DNA of 20,116 bases from Candidatus Hermodarchaeum yapensis (GCA_016840405.1 JAEOSK010000042.1:1-20116), one strand, 5' to 3'; counted from the first letter of the stretch, positions 6,593-16,641 are shown. The notes: a model not told the origin generated them from the letters alone. Program-made: numbers and translations.

Positions 6593-9500
6593 ATGAATCG
6601 CCTTAATTTTACTAAATGGTGTGGAATTACCCTCACTCTTTTACTTTCTTTCTCAATTGTATTTCCCCAACTAATTCCACCGTCGTTTTCTCTGTCGACA
6701 ACGGCTAGCACTAAAACAGGTCCAATAAGATCTTTAGTTACGGATTCGGTTGTTCCTCAAACGGCTAGCCCTCAATATTTGATTATCACACCCAATAGCA
6801 CCTGGGTCGATTCGTTCGCCTTATGGAAGGACTTGAAAGGTGTGCCTACACAGGTAGCAAATATCTCGTCAATCCAAACACAGTATCCTCTCAGTCCGTC
6901 AATCCGTGATACTGCTGAACAAATCTGGAATTATATTCATGGCGTGTATACGAGTGTATCACCCGCCACGCTCCAGTGGGTTCTACTTATCGGAGATAAT
7001 GTGACGCTCCCCTCACGTTATGTGTATCTTCCTGACACATCGGAGTGGACAAATCTCAGTCCCACCCTTAAACCCACGGACTTCTACTATGGTGTGATGG
7101 ACGACTCCAACTGGGATGATGACAACGATGGGCGCTGGGGTGAATGCAACACCTTCAATGTGGGTGGGCCTACTACTGATGAAATTGGGGACTGGATCCC
7201 TGATGTCTTTGTAGGCCGGATTCCCTTCAATGACCAAACAATCGTGACCAACATACTCAACAAAACAATTACCTACTCTCGCAATCCGACGAGTTATTCC
7301 ACTACTGGCTGGGACACTTTCCTGTTAGCTGGCGCATTAAGCAACTATGATGAAGAAGTCTCCGGCTGGTATGATGGCGACTATACGGACGAAGCAGAAC
7401 TAAGCGACTATATCAACGACAATATCATTCCAAATTATTACAGTAAGTTCCGCTTCTATGAAGACCGCTTTTTTGTTTGGAACTACTCAACTTCTAATTC
7501 CTTTGAAAAATTGAACAACACCGCAGTCTTTCAAGGATTAAACGCTTACTCGCCAGCTCTCGTTAACTTGGCGAGTCATGGTAGTCCAACCGATATGCAA
7601 CGTAAATACGACTCCAGTGGCTTACCTTATGCAACTTACTTCAACCGTGCTTCTCCTGGTTGGAACGTCAACGTTACTGGAATCGCTATCGGTGATCCTG
7701 ATAACGATAACTTCAACGAAATCGTGTATACACATAATGCTGGTACGCCAGCTAGTGCTCAAAACGGGACCATCTGGATGGCGGACGGACTCGATTTCAA
7801 TACTAACGTCCTTGTATGGGATCTTTGGCTTAATCCTCCACCCGGTAATCCCTCCTCTTATGCCACCTGTGTTGATATCGGCGATGTCTGGAATAACAAT
7901 ACCATCTCGGTAGTTGTTGGAACAAGTGCTGGATCAGTGATCATCTTCACTAATTATGCTGCTAGTCTGTGGAGTGCTAGAACCATAAGTGGACCAGAAC
8001 CAACAGATCCTGTTCTCTGTATCGAAGTTGGGAACGCTGATAATGCGGCCATCCCCAATGGTGGACCCGGTATCAATACTGACATAGCTTGGGGTCATCA
8101 GAGTGGCTTTGTAGGAATTGCGACTTGCTTTGGGGGAGCTGTCCCAGCGATTAATGTGGTTATTCCAATTGACAATTTTGGGCAGGCTGTCTATTCCATA
8201 GACGTTGGTGACCCTGACGATGATATGGCCGGGGAAATCACGTGTGGAACAGGATATGCTGGTCCTGATGGGGATGTATACCTCCTCACCTACAATCCAA
8301 TCGCTGGTCCACCATGGACGCGTCAAACTATCGATACCAATGTTGGTGGCATTGTGTATGGACTCGACACTGGTGATGCTGGAAATGATAATTACAACAA
8401 AGTCGTCATCGGCGTTGGAGACGGTGCCATTTACATGTATGAAGCTGGCTGTTTGGCACTCGGCTGGGCTGGCTTTAATGGTGGTACTGATGCAGGAACC
8501 AAACAAACTATCTCGAATTCAGGCAGCAACGCTGGGTCAGTTCGATGCCTTAAAGTAGGATATGTGGACGACAACGATATTTCAGCAACCGCTCAGGTTG
8601 AACATATCAGTATTATTGCTGGAAACCAGTATTCTGGAATTCGGAAGTATCATGCAAACAATGTTTCTGGGTTCGTCGATTGGGTAACGATTGCACGGGA
8701 TAATCTCATGTTTCTTGGACCTATAGTTTCTGATTTGGATGTTGGCGAACTTAGTTACACAACAGGTGAAGTTACAGCGGATGAGGAAATTGCTGCAGGG
8801 TACAATGTACTATTTGGCTTTCCCATTCCTGGGTTCAATTGGTTTGAGTGGCCCTATGCGGACTGGGCTAACATGCTCTATATGGGTCAGGCAGGGAATG
8901 CCACATCAACCATTCCCCATCTGGTCTATGCTGATTCCTGTCTCACAGGAGCCTATGATTATCCAGGAGATTCATTATCTGATAGATTCCTCTATAACAT
9001 GGCAATTGGTTACGTAGGATCAATACGAATTTGCTGGTACTATCGGGGTACAATGGCAAACTCCTTTGCATGGGGACTAAGTCGCTGGATGTCGCAAGAC
9101 TACTGGCAAACCTTCTTCGGAGGCAACACCAACTTCCGATCAGGTGATACTCTCTACGTCAGCAAAATCAACTATATCACCGCTTTTCAATCAACACACA
9201 CGCAAGCAACCTGGGAGACCTATCACCGTAAGAATCTCCTCAGTTATGCCCTCTTCGGTGATCCTGAAGTCGATGTCTATACCAACAATCCTAGAACACT
9301 CACGGTCACATATCCCTCAAATGCCCTCTATACTGGTGACACTGTCTTCAGAGTGATGGATGGGTCAACACCAGTTGCAGGAGCAACAGTGTGTCTATGG
9401 GATACTGATGGGTCCTACTACGAAGTTCGATCAACGAATAGTACAGGCCACGCGATTCTCCATGTAGCTGCACCAGTTCCAAACACAGTCAATGTCACAG

Positions 9501-10036
9501 TGACCGCTCATAATTACGTTCCGTTTGAAAGTACTGTTGGTGTTGAACATTGGATTGATGTTTCTCAGCCAACAGTGTCTTACACGGCGGTAACTGCTTC
9601 CATTGATATTACTGGTGTGACTGCTACCTGTAGTAACCCTACTCATGGCACTCTGGATGACATCGAAGCCACTACTCATACCTATGCAATCTACGATAAC
9701 TCAACGGGTTACGCAACAGGGATAGATGGAGATTTGACCTGGACAGGCAGCGAATGGCAAGTAACGGGTCTTAACGTTTCAACGCTCTCTATCGGTTCCT
9801 ACTATGTGCAATGCATATTCGCAGATGCTGATGTAACCGACACTCTTGGGCCACCATCAGATGTTTTCACAATTAGTCCACCGACAACACCCACACCCCC
9901 GCCATTCGATATTATCCAATGGTTGATGCAAAACTGGGTCTATATTGCTATGGTGCTAGTTATTGTCATTTTGATAGCTATCATCATAATGATAATTCGA
10001 CCTAAGAAACCCAAATCCGAATCTGCCACATCATAA
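6593..10036 (+). CDS. Secreted, C-terminally anchored peptidase C25 (gingipain-like, clan CD) with an inserted FG-GAP-like repeat domain and Ig-like domains
   Basis: Signal peptide; C25 motifs YLIITP, WVLLIGD, TDFYY, VFVGRIP, SHG (His329), DSC (Cys783), AIGYVGS, LFGDP; Ig-like PVAGATVCL...TNSTG...VTVTAHNYVP; Pro/Thr linker, TM helix, RPKKPK tail. Confidence 0.9.
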   Translation: MNRLNFTKWCGITLTLLLSFSIVFPQLIPPSFSLSTTASTKTGPIRSLVTDSVVPQTASPQYLIITPNSTWVDSFALWKDLKGVPTQVANISSIQTQYPLSPSIRDTAEQIWNYIHGVYTSVSPATLQWVLLIGDNVTLPSRYVYLPDTSEWTNLSPTLKPTDFYYGVMDDSNWDDDNDGRWGECNTFNVGGPTTDEIGDWIPDVFVGRIPFNDQTIVTNILNKTITYSRNPTSYSTTGWDTFLLAGALSNYDEEVSGWYDGDYTDEAELSDYINDNIIPNYYSKFRFYEDRFFVWNYSTSNSFEKLNNTAVFQGLNAYSPALVNLASHGSPTDMQRKYDSSGLPYATYFNRASPGWNVNVTGIAIGDPDNDNFNEIVYTHNAGTPASAQNGTIWMADGLDFNTNVLVWDLWLNPPPGNPSSYATCVDIGDVWNNNTISVVVGTSAGSVIIFTNYAASLWSARTISGPEPTDPVLCIEVGNADNAAIPNGGPGINTDIAWGHQSGFVGIATCFGGAVPAINVVIPIDNFGQAVYSIDVGDPDDDMAGEITCGTGYAGPDGDVYLLTYNPIAGPPWTRQTIDTNVGGIVYGLDTGDAGNDNYNKVVIGVGDGAIYMYEAGCLALGWAGFNGGTDAGTKQTISNSGSNAGSVRCLKVGYVDDNDISATAQVEHISIIAGNQYSGIRKYHANNVSGFVDWVTIARDNLMFLGPIVSDLDVGELSYTTGEVTADEEIAAGYNVLFGFPIPGFNWFEWPYADWANMLYMGQAGNATSTIPHLVYADSCLTGAYDYPGDSLSDRFLYNMAIGYVGSIRICWYYRGTMANSFAWGLSRWMSQDYWQTFFGGNTNFRSGDTLYVSKINYITAFQSTHTQATWETYHRKNLLSYALFGDPEVDVYTNNPRTLTVTYPSNALYTGDTVFRVMDGSTPVAGATVCLWDTDGSYYEVRSTNSTGHAILHVAAPVPNTVNVTVTAHNYVPFESTVGVEHWIDVSQPTVSYTAVTASIDITGVTATCSNPTHGTLDDIEATTHTYAIYDNSTGYATGIDGDLTWTGSEWQVTGLNVSTLSIGSYYVQCIFADADVTDTLGPPSDVFTISPPTTPTPPPFDIIQWLMQNWVYIAMVLVIVILIAIIIMIIRPKKPKSESATS

Positions 10037-10048
10037 ATACTCAAGTCC

Positions 10049-10078
10049 TCCTCCAACAAGAAATCCCTTGTTGGAGGA
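10049..10078. terminator. Perfect 12-bp hairpin between convergent genes
   Basis: TCCTCCAACAAG-aaatcc-CTTGTTGGAGGA between the stops at 10036 and 10091. Confidence 0.65.
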
Positions 10079-10090
10079 TTCTCCCTCTTT

Positions 10091-10936
10091 TTACTCCAGT
10101 AATCCGACTTCTTGTCGATACGTCTTATATTCGCGGATACTCTCGAGAGAAATTCGGCTAACAACGACTGCTGCAGTATTTGTGGGTGCAATCTTCAGTG
10201 CTTGAGAGGATGGGCCCTCGTTATTTCGAAATCGATATGATGGATCTGCAATACAGGATCCACCGCAAGTAAATACGCCAGGGGCATACTCGCGTGAAGC
10301 TTGGTCCGCGCTTACAATGGGGATTGTGTATTCTTTCGCTCGAACGGCGATAAGGGATTGCCACGCCCATTGTCCATACTGAATCTGTTCCGAATCAAGA
10401 ACTGTCGTCATAGTGGGGATTGCCAGAAAATCAACTTTGGATGCAACTTGAGACACAAGGTCATGAAACCAGAGATCAGAGCAAATTAAAATCGCTACCC
10501 GAAAATCCCGAATTTTGAAGGTAGGTGTTTGAGTCCCTGCTTCTAATCCTAAGTGTTTCTCTGCACGAAAAGGGTGCCGTTTATCATAACTTCCCAGAAT
10601 TTTTCCACGAGATGAGAACAAGTAGGATCGATTGCGCCATTTGTGCTTTTCCGTTTGAGATGGAATCGTTCCTGCTATCATCGGAATTTTGTACTCTTGG
10701 GTTAGGTGGCTGATGGAAGCATGAATTCGTTTCGTAAGTTGATCACTTTCATGTTTCGTAGCCGCCCATTCGCGAAAGGTTCCGAATGCATATTCAGGTA
10801 AGACAACGCAATCGGGCGTTTCATTTTGTGATTGAATTTGATTGAGGCTCTCCTTAATTTGAAGAAATGTGTCAGTGGGATTAGGCGCCGGTTCAATCTG
10901 CAGTGCCGCTAATGTCACGGAATTTTCTTTGCTCAC
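10091..10936 (-). CDS. Carbon-nitrogen hydrolase (nitrilase superfamily, Nit/omega-amidase-like)
   Basis: Catalytic E-K-C triad motifs VLPEY, YDKRHPF, ILICSDLWF. Confidence 0.9.
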   Translation of the reverse strand: MSKENSVTLAALQIEPAPNPTDTFLQIKESLNQIQSQNETPDCVVLPEYAFGTFREWAATKHESDQLTKRIHASISHLTQEYKIPMIAGTIPSQTEKHKWRNRSYLFSSRGKILGSYDKRHPFRAEKHLGLEAGTQTPTFKIRDFRVAILICSDLWFHDLVSQVASKVDFLAIPTMTTVLDSEQIQYGQWAWQSLIAVRAKEYTIPIVSADQASREYAPGVFTCGGSCIADPSYRFRNNEGPSSQALKIAPTNTAAVVVSRISLESIREYKTYRQEVGLLE

Positions 10937-10961
10937 GCTTTTTACCTCTATTCCTGGTAAC

Positions 10962-12644
10962 CTAAGCTTCTAGGGATTCCAGGCGCTCTCCGGGTTTTGG
11001 AATCATATTCCCAGGATTCAATATCCATTCAGGATCAAGAACTTGTTTCACCGCAGCCATTTCCTGCAAACCGGATTCTCCGTACATGACTTTAAGGAAA
11101 GGTCGTTTAAGTTTGCCAATGCCGTGTTCAGCACTCACGGTTCCTCCTAATTCAACGGCTTTCTGAGCAAATCGTTGGTAAATGCGCATCCCTTCATCGA
11201 CTTCCTCATTGGTTCGTGGGAGAATATTGACGTGAAGATGATTATCGCCGATATGCCCGAATATGATGTATTCCATTTTTGCTTCTTCTAACAGCTGTTT
11301 ATAGAAGGCAAGTATTGTCTCTAAGTGTTCGTCTGGTACAGCCATGTCTGTGCCAAGTTTGTGGACTCGTGAATGTTTCTGTTTCCGCTGAGCGATTAAT
11401 GCGTTTACGGTTTCAGGGATAAGGTGACGGACAGCTTTCATTTTGTCTAGGTCGCCTGGGTCAATTCCTGCCCAAGTATCATCCATTCCAATTCCATGCT
11501 CATTGAGTAGTTCCTGCGCTGCCAAGAATGCGGACTCCATTTCGGCTTCCATGAAGGGTATCTCAAAGAAAATAATGGCCTGGCATTGTTCTACTTGGGG
11601 TGGCACCGTAACACCCGCACTCCCTTTCGCTCTAGCATCACGGAGCATTTGTACTGCATGAGAATCAAAATATTCAATGAGAGTTGGTTGGAGTGGGCTT
11701 GTTTCGCTTCTCACTGCTTTCACGAAGTTAATGGCTGCCTCCTCAGAGGGGAAAAATGCAAAGATGGTGAGTGTCTGTTCGGGATATTTTTCGAGCCACA
11801 CTTCTGTCTCCGTCACAACTCCCAGGATGCCTTCACATCCTATGAAGAGATCGATTAAATCCATCTTAGGATGCGCAAAAAGCCCTGCCGCATTCTTCGT
11901 TGAAGGCATTGAATACTCGGGGATTTTCACATTGATTGTAGAACCATCTGAGAGCATGATTTGGAAAAGACCATTATCAGCAAAAAACTCACCTCGGGGA
12001 ATCGTAAGGACATCACCATTAGCGAGCACCACTCGAATCTTGCGAATCCAATTACGGATGGCCTTGTACCGAAAAGAGCGAGCACCCGACGCATTCGCTG
12101 CAACAGAACCCCCTAGATGAGCGGTCATTTCTGTGGGATCCGGTGGAAAGAAATACGTTTGTGAGTCTTTAAGAAACTCTTCTAATGCTTTCTGCTCTTC
12201 ATGAGTTCCTTTTCCTTTCAATACATCCAGCAGTTTTTTCAGAACCGCGGAGTTGAGGGTTTCTAAGGTGACTCCTGGTTCAGCCCGAAGATACCACCGC
12301 TTCTGAGATTGGTCAAAGCCCATCCCAAGAAGATTAGTCATCAACTCCAAAGTCAGGAGAGCCCCTCCTTGTGGGACAGCCCCACCAGTGAGGCCTGTAC
12401 GTCCTGCAGTAATCGTCAGGGGTGTTTTTGTTTGATTCGCCCAACTGATAACAGCAACAACATCCGCCTCAGTACGGGCATAGAATAGGTGTTCGGCTCT
12501 TCCGTCACCAAAACGGGCTTCGTCAGTCAAATAATCACTACAGTCTTCAGCGATAGTTTTCTCGCCTTTCACCGTTCGTATAGTACTGAGTTTTGATGGG
12601 GTAATCGCTTCTGCCTTAATGTGATTTGTGGCCATGAATTCCAC
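10962..12644 (-). CDS. FAD-binding oxidoreductase, GlcD/D-lactate/D-2-hydroxyacid dehydrogenase family
   Basis: GRTGLTGGAVP, FFPPDPT, GGSVAANASG, GCEGILGVVTE, FGHIGDNHLHVN, SAEHGIGK, LNPG. Confidence 0.92.
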   Translation of the reverse strand: MEFMATNHIKAEAITPSKLSTIRTVKGEKTIAEDCSDYLTDEARFGDGRAEHLFYARTEADVVAVISWANQTKTPLTITAGRTGLTGGAVPQGGALLTLELMTNLLGMGFDQSQKRWYLRAEPGVTLETLNSAVLKKLLDVLKGKGTHEEQKALEEFLKDSQTYFFPPDPTEMTAHLGGSVAANASGARSFRYKAIRNWIRKIRVVLANGDVLTIPRGEFFADNGLFQIMLSDGSTINVKIPEYSMPSTKNAAGLFAHPKMDLIDLFIGCEGILGVVTETEVWLEKYPEQTLTIFAFFPSEEAAINFVKAVRSETSPLQPTLIEYFDSHAVQMLRDARAKGSAGVTVPPQVEQCQAIIFFEIPFMEAEMESAFLAAQELLNEHGIGMDDTWAGIDPGDLDKMKAVRHLIPETVNALIAQRKQKHSRVHKLGTDMAVPDEHLETILAFYKQLLEEAKMEYIIFGHIGDNHLHVNILPRTNEEVDEGMRIYQRFAQKAVELGGTVSAEHGIGKLKRPFLKVMYGESGLQEMAAVKQVLDPEWILNPGNMIPKPGERLESLEA

Positions 12645-12766
12645 CGGTAGTTCACTTTGAACTCGAACACTTCGCCAGTTCCTTAGTCAAATATCTTTTG
12701 GACATATTGACGTGCTGCTCGGGTAATTCAAGTATGTGATTAGCGAGGATGTGGCCTGGCATAAGC

Positions 12767-13138
12767 TTAGTTGTTTTCTTCGCTATTTTGTGCATCTTTT
12801 GTTTTGCGCCTAAATGGGTTGTAGTCAGAGAGGGGACCTCTAAGGCGCGGGATTCCTTTTAGTTCATAACCTGCCCAGGCTAAAATGGCGAAAATAAAAC
12901 CTAACACAATGAATGGCGTTATGAACCACACAAATGGAATTGGAGTGTAGCTAATTGGGCGTAAGGAAAAGGGATACGGAGGATTAAAATTAATCATCCA
13001 AGTTGTGAAGTCAAGGTACCCGCCAAAGACTAGGAAGAAGATAATGAGGCTAAATAGCACCCAATAGCCAAGTACCACATCATATGACTTTTTGTATTTA
13101 GGCTGTTGCTTGGTCTGTTGCTGTCCTATTCTCTTCAC
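12767..13138 (-). CDS. Small two-TM membrane protein, paralogue of 3881-4225
   Basis: KKSY...FGGYLDFTTWM...YNPFRR motifs shared with 3881-4225. Confidence 0.8.
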   Translation of the reverse strand: MKRIGQQQTKQQPKYKKSYDVVLGYWVLFSLIIFFLVFGGYLDFTTWMINFNPPYPFSLRPISYTPIPFVWFITPFIVLGFIFAILAWAGYELKGIPRLRGPLSDYNPFRRKTKDAQNSEENN

Positions 13139-13516
13139 CCTCCTATCTATCTGGTGTTGTTCATTAAGTCAATTCTATCTAGCAAACTGGAGGATTTAAA
13201 CCTGTTTCATTCGACACTTCCTTTAGGAACCCCCAACACCAAGAATGTGTCTAAAACCACTATCGCACCTGACGAGTATACTTATAGAATTGATGACTGA
13301 ACTCAAGGAAAGATTAATTGGAAGAAGGGCAAAAATCGAAGTATAGCTGCTCTCTATTCTTTTTTTCTCCAAAACCTAATTGGAGTTTTATGATTTTTTG
13401 CTTGTCAAAAAAGGCTAACCTTATATCTTTGGATTCAATTCCTTTTTTGCTGGAACTACTCTTGTGAGGGTAGGTATCGTTTCTTACAAAACAACTTATC
13501 TATTGCTCATTTTTTG

Positions 13517-14041
13517 TCAGAATGATAATGTGGCCTTTATCGTTGCATCTCCAAGAGATTTTATTTGAAATCCCAAAGACCTGACTAAGCTAATCATTCG
13601 GAAATTATCTGCCAGAATAATTCCATAAATGGAATTCATTTTCTTACTCTTACTGATTTCTATGATGTACTCAACCAATTTCCTTCCAAGCCCCTGCTTC
13701 TGCCATCGATCAGCGATAAAAACTGCAAACTCACCGGATTTCTCCTCCTAATCAAGGCAAAGGCGAACAACTCCAATGAGCTGTTTTCGTTCCCTCTCTT
13801 CAATCTCTGCTACGAAAGCTAGCTCAGAAACGAAGTCAATACTACAATACCGGACTAACTCTTCATGTGGCATATCACGAATAATATGAAAGAACCGGTA
13901 ACGCACTGTATCCGAAGAAAAACTACGAAATAATTCAAGCATCAAAGGCTCGTCTTCAAGTCGAATCGGTCTTACCAGTACAGATTTTCCATTCTTAAGT
14001 TTCCATGCCCTTCTCCTTTGTGAAGCTCGAATCCATTTCAC
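13517..14041 (-). pseudogene. GNAT N-acetyltransferase (Pat/acyl-CoA synthetase GNAT-domain type) interrupted by one in-frame TAG at 13748-13750
   Basis: N-part LKNG..VLVRPIRLEDE...YRFF...IDF..ELAFVA...IGVVRL continues after the TAG in the same frame as EEKSGEFAVFIADRWQKQGLGRKL...GIILADNFRM...LGF to TGA 13517; 174 codons. Confidence 0.85.
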
Positions 14042-14094
14042 ATCACTTCACTCCGTAATTCTGGTCGGGCTGTGTGTATTGATGCTGAGTACGC

Positions 14095-15237
14095 TTATTC
14101 AAAGGTGAATTCGTCTTCCTTCAACAGAAAGTCGTCGAGTTTATCTCGGGCTTTTTCTCGTCGGTCTTGGTGTTTGGTTAGGAATTTTATGGCTAAATCA
14201 ATGCAAATGTTTTTGCATTCGCCACAAAGCATCTCGCCACTTCGACAGCGTTGTTCCAGTTCGTTGAGTTTATCCTGTTGGGGGATGAAGACGAGCTGAT
14301 AATTTGCGAAGACAGAACAAATTTCGGGTTGTCCACCGAGTTTACGCTGTTCCGCCGCATTACCTCGACCACCCGTAAAGGCGTTTTGCAGTTTCTTCTT
14401 AATCACCTTTGGAGGATCCACGGTGAAAAGGGCAGACTCGGGATCTGATGCTGACATTTTTCCACCCTTTTGGAGTCCCTGGAGAAACCGTGAATGCAAT
14501 ATGCCTGGTTTGTAGTAGCCTAGTTTGGGAAGGACATCCCGGGCTGCTCGGAAGTGGGCGTCTTGGTCAATGGCTAGTGGAATGACGCAGGGTACATTGT
14601 GTCCTACGCGTACGGAATGGAGGAAGGCAGGAACGGCTTGGAAGCTGGTGTAAAAGATGGATCCTATGTTGTTCGAATTGGTGAAACCAAAGATGGCTTT
14701 CGCAGTGGAGAAGGTGATTCGTTTAGCCACATGAATTGCAAGTGGATAGATAGTACGGGCGTGATAAGAGTCGATGATGATATCAGTTAATTTCGGATCG
14801 AACCCAGTCGCAATTAGATCGAGGGCATTTTCTTTAGCAAAGTGCCGTGTCTGTTCGAGTTCAAGGTCAAAATGAAACAGGTATTTTTCGTCGTCGGTGA
14901 GTTGGAAGTAGTAGGGGCACTTGAATTTGTCTTGCATCCATTTGGTGAAGATAAACTGTGTGAGATGACCGATATGAGTATGTCCACTTGGTCCTCGTCC
15001 ATTGTACAAGAAGAAAGGATTCCCTTTGTCATATTCATCAAAAACGAATTTCATGTCACGGTGACTGAAGTAAATCCCTCGTTCCAACAAGTAATGGAGT
15101 TCACCTGTATACTTCTTGATACGGGCGAGCAGTTTGTTGTCAATCAGTTCGGTGCCAAATTCTTTCACTAGTTTCGCATAATCGACATCGCCTTTTACTT
15201 CCCATGGGGTCACTACAAATTCTTCATCACTGGGCAA
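14095..15237 (-). CDS. trpS: Tryptophan--tRNA ligase, archaeal/eukaryotic type
   Basis: VTPWEV, GRGPSG..HIGH, QLTDDEK, AIDQDAHFR, KMSAS, AFTGGR, CGECK. Start placed at TTG 15237 after GGAG (the track starts at 15270). Confidence 0.97.
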   Translation of the reverse strand: MPSDEEFVVTPWEVKGDVDYAKLVKEFGTELIDNKLLARIKKYTGELHYLLERGIYFSHRDMKFVFDEYDKGNPFFLYNGRGPSGHTHIGHLTQFIFTKWMQDKFKCPYYFQLTDDEKYLFHFDLELEQTRHFAKENALDLIATGFDPKLTDIIIDSYHARTIYPLAIHVAKRITFSTAKAIFGFTNSNNIGSIFYTSFQAVPAFLHSVRVGHNVPCVIPLAIDQDAHFRAARDVLPKLGYYKPGILHSRFLQGLQKGGKMSASDPESALFTVDPPKVIKKKLQNAFTGGRGNAAEQRKLGGQPEICSVFANYQLVFIPQQDKLNELEQRCRSGEMLCGECKNICIDLAIKFLTKHQDRREKARDKLDDFLLKEDEFTFE

Positions 15238-15536
15238 AGTGCATCTCAACTCCGTTCCGACAATGTTCAACTACAGGGCGACTCTTCTTTCCAAGGCTTT
15301 GAAGAGAATACGATACTCTGCAGGCTAAGTCCTCAAAAGGTGTTACGGTAGCAGAGCTCACTAGGCGGAGAGAAGAGAACAGGTTATGGATTTGGCCAAA
15401 AACAATCGCCTATCATCCTTAACTACCAACGCACAATCACTGGTGCTCGTATATAAATTATATTACTAAATTTCATCCAAATGCAATTCTGGAGTCTCTG
15501 AATTCGAAAGCAAGGCTTTTTAGAATCAATCTCCCA

Positions 15537-16641
15537 TTGAAACCCGAGGGAATCTTTCTCTCTGAGGGAAGAACATTGAATGAAAAATTGGATGCAACTG
15601 AACCCAAATATGTTCAATTAGATTTTGGTGAAGTACTTGGAAGTTCACTTCGCTATTGGCTGAAGAACGTCAAATCCTTCTGGATGATCTTCTTTGTCAT
15701 TCACCTGGTAATGGTGGCAATCGGTTATGGAGCCTTTTTCCTTTCTGGCGGTAGTTTACTGGTTGCTGAGGCTGCAGACATACTAGGCGCTATAATCCCT
15801 TACTGGGTCATATCTAGCTATTTCCTCGATATTGTATCCATTGCTATTGTCATTGTTCTCGGAGCTGTTATTATTGTAAACATTGGCATTGGAACAGTCC
15901 TCGGGGGTATGGTCATACGACATACCGCGGAGCATCATGCCGAACAGATACCCACGTTGGGTGAAAGCTTTAGAGACTCTCGGAACCGTTTTTTGGTCCC
16001 TCATAGGAGCCCAAATTTTGATTCTTCTCCTCACCCTTTGCCTATCCGTTGGGGGCACATTTCTCATTGTTCTTATCGCAGTGGGCTCAATATTCGTCTT
16101 CGGATTTTTCGGGGCTCTCGTTGGGCTTGTTATCAGTTTAGTCGTACTGTTGATAGCGCTCATTTACGTTCCAACACGTTTAGCTGTTGCATTCCCAGCG
16201 ATAATTCTCGATGGTGAGAGCGCTGCTGGGAGTCTTAATCGCAGTTGGAACCTCGTGAGTGGAAACTGGTGGCGAACCTTCGGTATCATGATCATTATTG
16301 GGCTTGTCAGCCTGTTAATTGGACTACCTTCTGCAATTGTCTCATCAATGATTACAATGAGTGTCTTTACTCCAAGTCTGACGATAATTTTCATCATCAT
16401 CTTTATCCCTGTTAGTGCAGCATTCTCCGGTTTTGTTGCTCCACTGGGACTCTCAACAACCACCATGATATATCATGACCTCATGGGTCGTCAATTTGGA
16501 CCTTTCGAACCTGCTCAACCTGGCGTTTCCGTACGAAGACCGGGTATGCTTCATCAATACAATGAATGTCCTGTGTGTAAACAAGCGGTTTCTGGACGTG
16601 ACCGTTTCTGTGGTCAGTGTGGTCGTGACTTAACCATCTAG
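15537..16641 (+). pseudogene. Membrane protein (GDPD-membrane-domain-like) with C-terminal zinc ribbon, split by one extra T in a T6 run at 15989-15994
   Basis: Frame 1 to ...ESFRDSRNR; removing one T gives RFWSLIGAQ in frame 2, continuing through SLNRSWNLVSGNWWRTFG to CPVC...FCGQCG. Confidence 0.8.

Noticed and set aside
7934-8506. 190-aa antisense ORF inside the protease, and similar shadow ORFs in fadD, the oxidoreductase and trpS
   Set aside because: Fully nested antisense or out of frame to well-supported genes, with no motifs of their own.
7600-8900. Intein as the explanation for the protease insertion
   Set aside because: No C/S...HN-C/S/T splice junctions or LAGLIDADG motifs seen; the insert consists of FG-GAP-like repeats.
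13139-13516. AT-rich intergenic stretch with a 64-aa ORF (13106-13300)
   Set aside because: The ORF overlaps the start of the opposite-strand gene and has no motif; no convincing repeat or structure found.
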